This document shows positions 60,454 through 64,000 of a stretch of DNA of 64,000 bases, in pieces. Origin of the DNA: Macrostomum lignano (lineage: Eukaryota); the NCBI GenBank assembly GCA_002269645.1, contig NIVC01003956.1, forward strand, positions 3,573 through 67,572. The letters are read 5' to 3'. Each line of letters opens with the position of its first letter. The first letter of the stretch is position 1. Made by a program: the position numbers and the translations under genes. The notes under the pieces were generated by a model that was given only the letters and a program-made list of their open reading frames with translations, was not told the origin of the DNA and searched no databases.

Positions 60454-61179
60454 GGATCGCAGCTGGGTCGTAAAACCGACGCTTGCTCTTCGATGCTGGC
60501 TACCAGAACCTCTTGAGCCGGATCTGATGGTCGAAACCAGCCGATGACAGCTCCCTTCCGCAGCCGCAGCTCGGAGTCCGTGACATTCGCGAAGTGAACT
60601 GGTAGGGTGTTGCCCTGCTGGATGAGGCAGACGCTCCTGGCTAGCATTGGTCTCTCATCGCTCTTCAGTTTTTCGTCTGGCTCGGCGACGCGCGAGCACT
60701 CCGGAATTCTGTGTCGCTGTTCTCCGAATCCTGGCTGAGACGGTCCGTTCGTGATTGGCCGGAATGATCAAGTTTTCGTTCAGGTACAACCGGCAGACGA
60801 CTGGTTTGTGCTTGGTCTCTCGGATTGGCACACGTGAACCGTTCACGCGGAAAACTCCTCCGGCGAAATCGATTTGGCACCGGTGGCGGCGTAAGAAGTC
60901 GGTGCCTAGCAACAGTTCGTAGCCGACCCCTTGGACCACCGCAATTGGCGTCTGTAAAGTTTCTGATCCGAACTGTAGGGGAAGCGACGCGCATCCTAAC
61001 ACATTCATGGGAGTTCCGTTCGCTGAGATCAGGTGGGTTTCCGAAGGGCTGAGTTCAACTCGAACCGACTTGCTCAACTGCCGCCAGGTCCTCTCGTTCA
61101 CCAGCGACATGACCGAGCCCGAATCCAACAGACACGGCAACTCAATCTCGCCAATTTTTACCGACACGTAGATTGACAC
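60432..61179 (-). CDS. Gypsy aspartic protease and spacer region, split by frameshifts
   Basis: LLDSGSVMSLV and LLLGTDFL motifs; frame changes near 60690 and 60450-60500. Confidence 0.85.
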
Positions 61180-61282
61180 GGGATTAAAAGCTGTTGCAGG
61201 TTGATCTCTATCTCTTGAGCAGTCCGCCGGACATCCTGCTGCACGTCGCTCCGGGCTGCATCTTCGTCTCGGGTTGGGGCCT

Positions 61283-62263
61283 CTACTGTCTCGGCGGAAC
61301 TCCCTCGCCCCTGCGGAAGTTCCCCTTGCCGTTTCCCTGTTGCTGACGGGTTGGGCAGTTAGTCGCGATGTGCCCTGGCTTGTTGCAGAAGAAGCAGCGA
61401 ATTCCTCCCGTTCGTCGAGGCTTCTGATGGTCGCCTTCGTCGGAGTCGGTCGGTCGAGCTGCGGCGCTGCTATGCGGTTCCGCTCTCAGCGACTCGAGCT
61501 GAACCACTTTGCCTTGAAGCTGCCTCACCAGTTTCTTCAACTCCTCGAGCTCTTTGTCCTTTTCTTGGGAGTAGGCTCCATCCTCCCGAGGCACAGATTC
61601 CGCCGCGCCGCTCACCACGAAGACTCCTCGGTGGCCGCTGCCAGTTGCTCCAGCCGATCTCGGTCCCTTCGCCGCCTTGGACGCCGCCTCGAGCTGCCTC
61701 ACCGCGCGTTGTGCTGCCACCAGACCTTCGGGCTGCTGCAGGTAGAGCTTCTCTCGCTGGAGGTCGGAGAGTCTCACCCCTTGCATGAAGCGATCCTTCG
61801 CGAGGTCGTCCTGCAGCTCGGCAGTTGCCGCCGGGTAGGCACAGCGCACCAGTTCAAGGAGAGCATCTGCGTAGGCCTCCAACGACTCGCCATCCTTCTG
61901 ATCTCGGGTTTTTAGCTCGACCTTGCTGTCCTGCTCTGTCCGGTACCGGGAGAAGCGAGCCTCCAACCGGGCGGTGAATCCCTCGTAGTCCAGCGGATCC
62001 ACAGGATCGTCGGGTCCCGGCAGGTTCAGATTATCGACCGCAGCGTACGCCGTAGCGAGATCCAGCATGCTCATCAAGTGCTCGCGGCGATGCTCCTCGT
62101 CAATCTCGGCGGAGTCGCAATAAGCGTTGAAAGAGCGCAGCCAGAGTCGAAAATTCATGCTTGACGTGTACTTCACGGGCTTCGGGAGTCTCGGTGGCTG
62201 GGCTGGTCCATCCGCTCGCAGACGCTCGGCTAGCAGCCGAATCAGTTCGTCCACATTCGCCAT
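61283..62263 (-). CDS. Gypsy gag, 326 aa
   Basis: Starts 25 nt after the PBS; CCHC knuckle CFFCNKPGHIATNC. Confidence 0.93.
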   Translation of the reverse strand: MANVDELIRLLAERLRADGPAQPPRLPKPVKYTSSMNFRLWLRSFNAYCDSAEIDEEHRREHLMSMLDLATAYAAVDNLNLPGPDDPVDPLDYEGFTARLEARFSRYRTEQDSKVELKTRDQKDGESLEAYADALLELVRCAYPAATAELQDDLAKDRFMQGVRLSDLQREKLYLQQPEGLVAAQRAVRQLEAASKAAKGPRSAGATGSGHRGVFVVSGAAESVPREDGAYSQEKDKELEELKKLVRQLQGKVVQLESLRAEPHSSAAARPTDSDEGDHQKPRRTGGIRCFFCNKPGHIATNCPTRQQQGNGKGNFRRGEGVPPRQ

Positions 62264-62287
62264 GACAGCTCACAAGCAAACTGAGCA

Positions 62288-62305
62288 GTCCCTGTTCGGG
62301 CGCCA
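62288..62305 (-). promoter_or_regulatory. Primer-binding site, tRNA-Lys(UUU)
   Basis: TGGCGCCCGAACAGGGAC, the canonical 18-nt Lys3-type PBS, 1 nt after the 5' LTR. Confidence 0.93.
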
Positions 62306-62813
62306 ATGTTGTATCCCCCTTCCTCGCTGGCACGGCCGGGTTGGGCGACGGGTAGCGGTGTCGGGGTTCGGGTACTGGACTGCCCAGGGCTTACGAGCTC
62401 GATCGGCGACCCCGAGGCGTACGGACACTTCGGGGGAGGTCAAGGTTGAGAAGTCGAGAGAGAGGGGAGGGGCGGCTGTGGGCGGGCGGCCACTCGACAG
62501 CCTGGTGAGTCAAGGAAGAGAGAGAGGGCTGCGGGCGGTCGGCCACTCGACAGCCTGGTGAGTCAAGGAAAAGAGAGAGGGCTGTGGGCGGGCGGCCACT
62601 CGACAGCCTGGTGAGTCAAGGAAGAGAGAGAGGGCTGCGGGCGGTCGGCTCGACAGCCTACGCTCACGAGCCTGGTGAGTCAGACTGAGAGAGAGAGAGA
62701 GAGATGAGAGAGAGAGAGATCAGGAGAGCGACCCCGAGGAACACAGGCAATTGTCTCGACAGCTTACCGGGCCGGGTCGATTATAGCACTCATACACGGG
62801 AAGGCCGATCGAT

Positions 62814-62856
62814 TGCAATAAATTGAGTCTTCGCAGTAAGAGACCGTCTTTACGGC
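62814..62856 (-). other. Spliced-leader exon-like sequence in the 5' LTR
   Basis: Same 43 nt as 54831-54873; 19 nt downstream of AATAAA (62881-62876) and 46 nt upstream of CCG|GTAAGC. Confidence 0.85.
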
Positions 62857-63552
62857 TGATCGCTGGTCACGTTCGTTTATTTATCGCGGTGGGCGCAAAT
62901 GGGCGCAGGCACGGTGAGAAAAGGGGCGGGGTCTGAGCGTCGCCTTAAATAACGAGTAAAAAGGGGCAGGGGCGCAAACAAGGGGGGGGAGAAAGGGCTT
63001 AAACAATGGAGCTGATTGACAGCTGATTGGCTGCGGCGAGGGGAGGGTGGAAGCGCGCACGGCCAGGGAGAGGGAGAGAGAGCAGAGGCCCAGCCAATCA
63101 GCACGGCTAGCCAAAGGGCTAAACAGCCAAGGCGAGAGAGAGAGAGAAAGAGAGCAGAGGCTCAGCCAAAGGGCTCATAGCTCCAGACTGGCTTGAGCCG
63201 GGGGGGGGGTAACAATAATCAACTACCAAAGTCAACAACTATCAAAGTGCACTTGCACCAGGGAGCACTGTGACACAGGTCACAACACATGTACAGTGGG
63301 AATTGGGTGATTTAGTTTTGTGTGCAGGGGACAGGAAACTCAGTCAGACCACGCGACTGTATGAAAACTGATTGAGTATCTCGGGACAAAGAAGCAACAG
63401 AAAAAGACGAGCGTCAACTATTCAATCATCATTTCTCTCTTTTCAAGCCTGCTTCAAAAATGAAAAATCGAACGTGTAAAAACATAACTTGTTTCGCACA
63501 AGACACCCACTAGCTCCATCTAAAAATGTTGTTTGAAATTCATGTTTCAGGC

Positions 63553-63856
63553 GAATATCTGGAAAGCGGATTTAATCTAGAGACACGATTCTTTCTGCGG
63601 GTGATACCGACTGGCACACTCTAATGATGTGTAGAGTCCCAAAAGTGAGGCTACTGATACAGCTTGGCAATTCCTGATTGATTTTCCCGGATTTGCCCAT
63701 TTGAATGCATTAGAATTTTCCCGAATCGCCGCCTTCGAATATCTAGAAAAGCGGATTAATCTAGAGACACGATTCTTTCTGCGGGTGGATACCGACTGGC
63801 ACACTCTAATGATGTGTAGAATCCCAAAGCTGAGGCTACTGATACAGCTTGGAAAT
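63553..63856 (+). repeat. About 118-bp direct duplication (63553-63670, 63738-63856)
   Basis: Near-identical GAATATCT...GATACAGCTTGG copies with small indels. Confidence 0.85.
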
Positions 63857-64000
63857 GTATACAAGCCTTTTGACTGTCAACTGTCACGTCACCGCGTGTC
63901 ATTATCTCCCGGTTGCGGTTTGGTGGGGGGAGGCTGTCAGTGTTCTCTCAATTGGGCCGCCTTTCAACCAGTGGGAACAAATATTCTATAGAATTCTATA

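Larger units (their letters stand above)
54236..63287 (-). mobile_element. Full-length Ty3/Gypsy LTR retrotransposon (9052 bp) with an accessory J-domain ORF
   Basis: LTRs 54236-55306 and 62307-63287 (TGTTG...CAACA); TSD CATG; PBS 62288-62305; PPT 55307-55317; gag-PR-RT-RH-IN order. Confidence 0.97.

Noticed and set aside
62760-62856. The LTR SL segment as a functional SL RNA gene
   Set aside because: No AUG|GU donor at the exon end, no U-rich Sm-site-like tract downstream, and it sits inside a paired LTR.

Overview
Eukaryotic (animal) genomic DNA, very rich in transposons. Both LTRs of one element carry a 43-nt stretch matching, from my recall, the spliced-leader (SL) exon of the flatworm Macrostomum lignano, so the source is probably Macrostomum (inference). 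Only two host genes are recognisable: a complete 3-exon VMO1-family gene (597-1373, +) and five coding exons of EMC10 (17717-20523, +; signal-peptide exon not found). The rest is nested mobile DNA: a young TRIM-like LTR element, solo LTRs, a tRNA-derived SINE, several MITE/foldback elements, Tc1/mariner, Crypton, P-element, R2-like and Ingi/I-like fragments, several broken Ty3/Gypsy copies, and possible Polinton/virus relics (restriction-like endonuclease and PLA2-like fragment). The headline candidate system is a young full-length Ty3/Gypsy element (54236-63287, -; CATG TSD; tRNA-Lys PBS). It carries the SL-exon match in both LTRs, 19 nt after AATAAA and followed by a splice donor. It also encodes, in the env position, an intact 293-aa J-domain (Hsp40-type, HPD) protein preceded by a splice acceptor. 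All coordinates were counted by hand and no searches were run.
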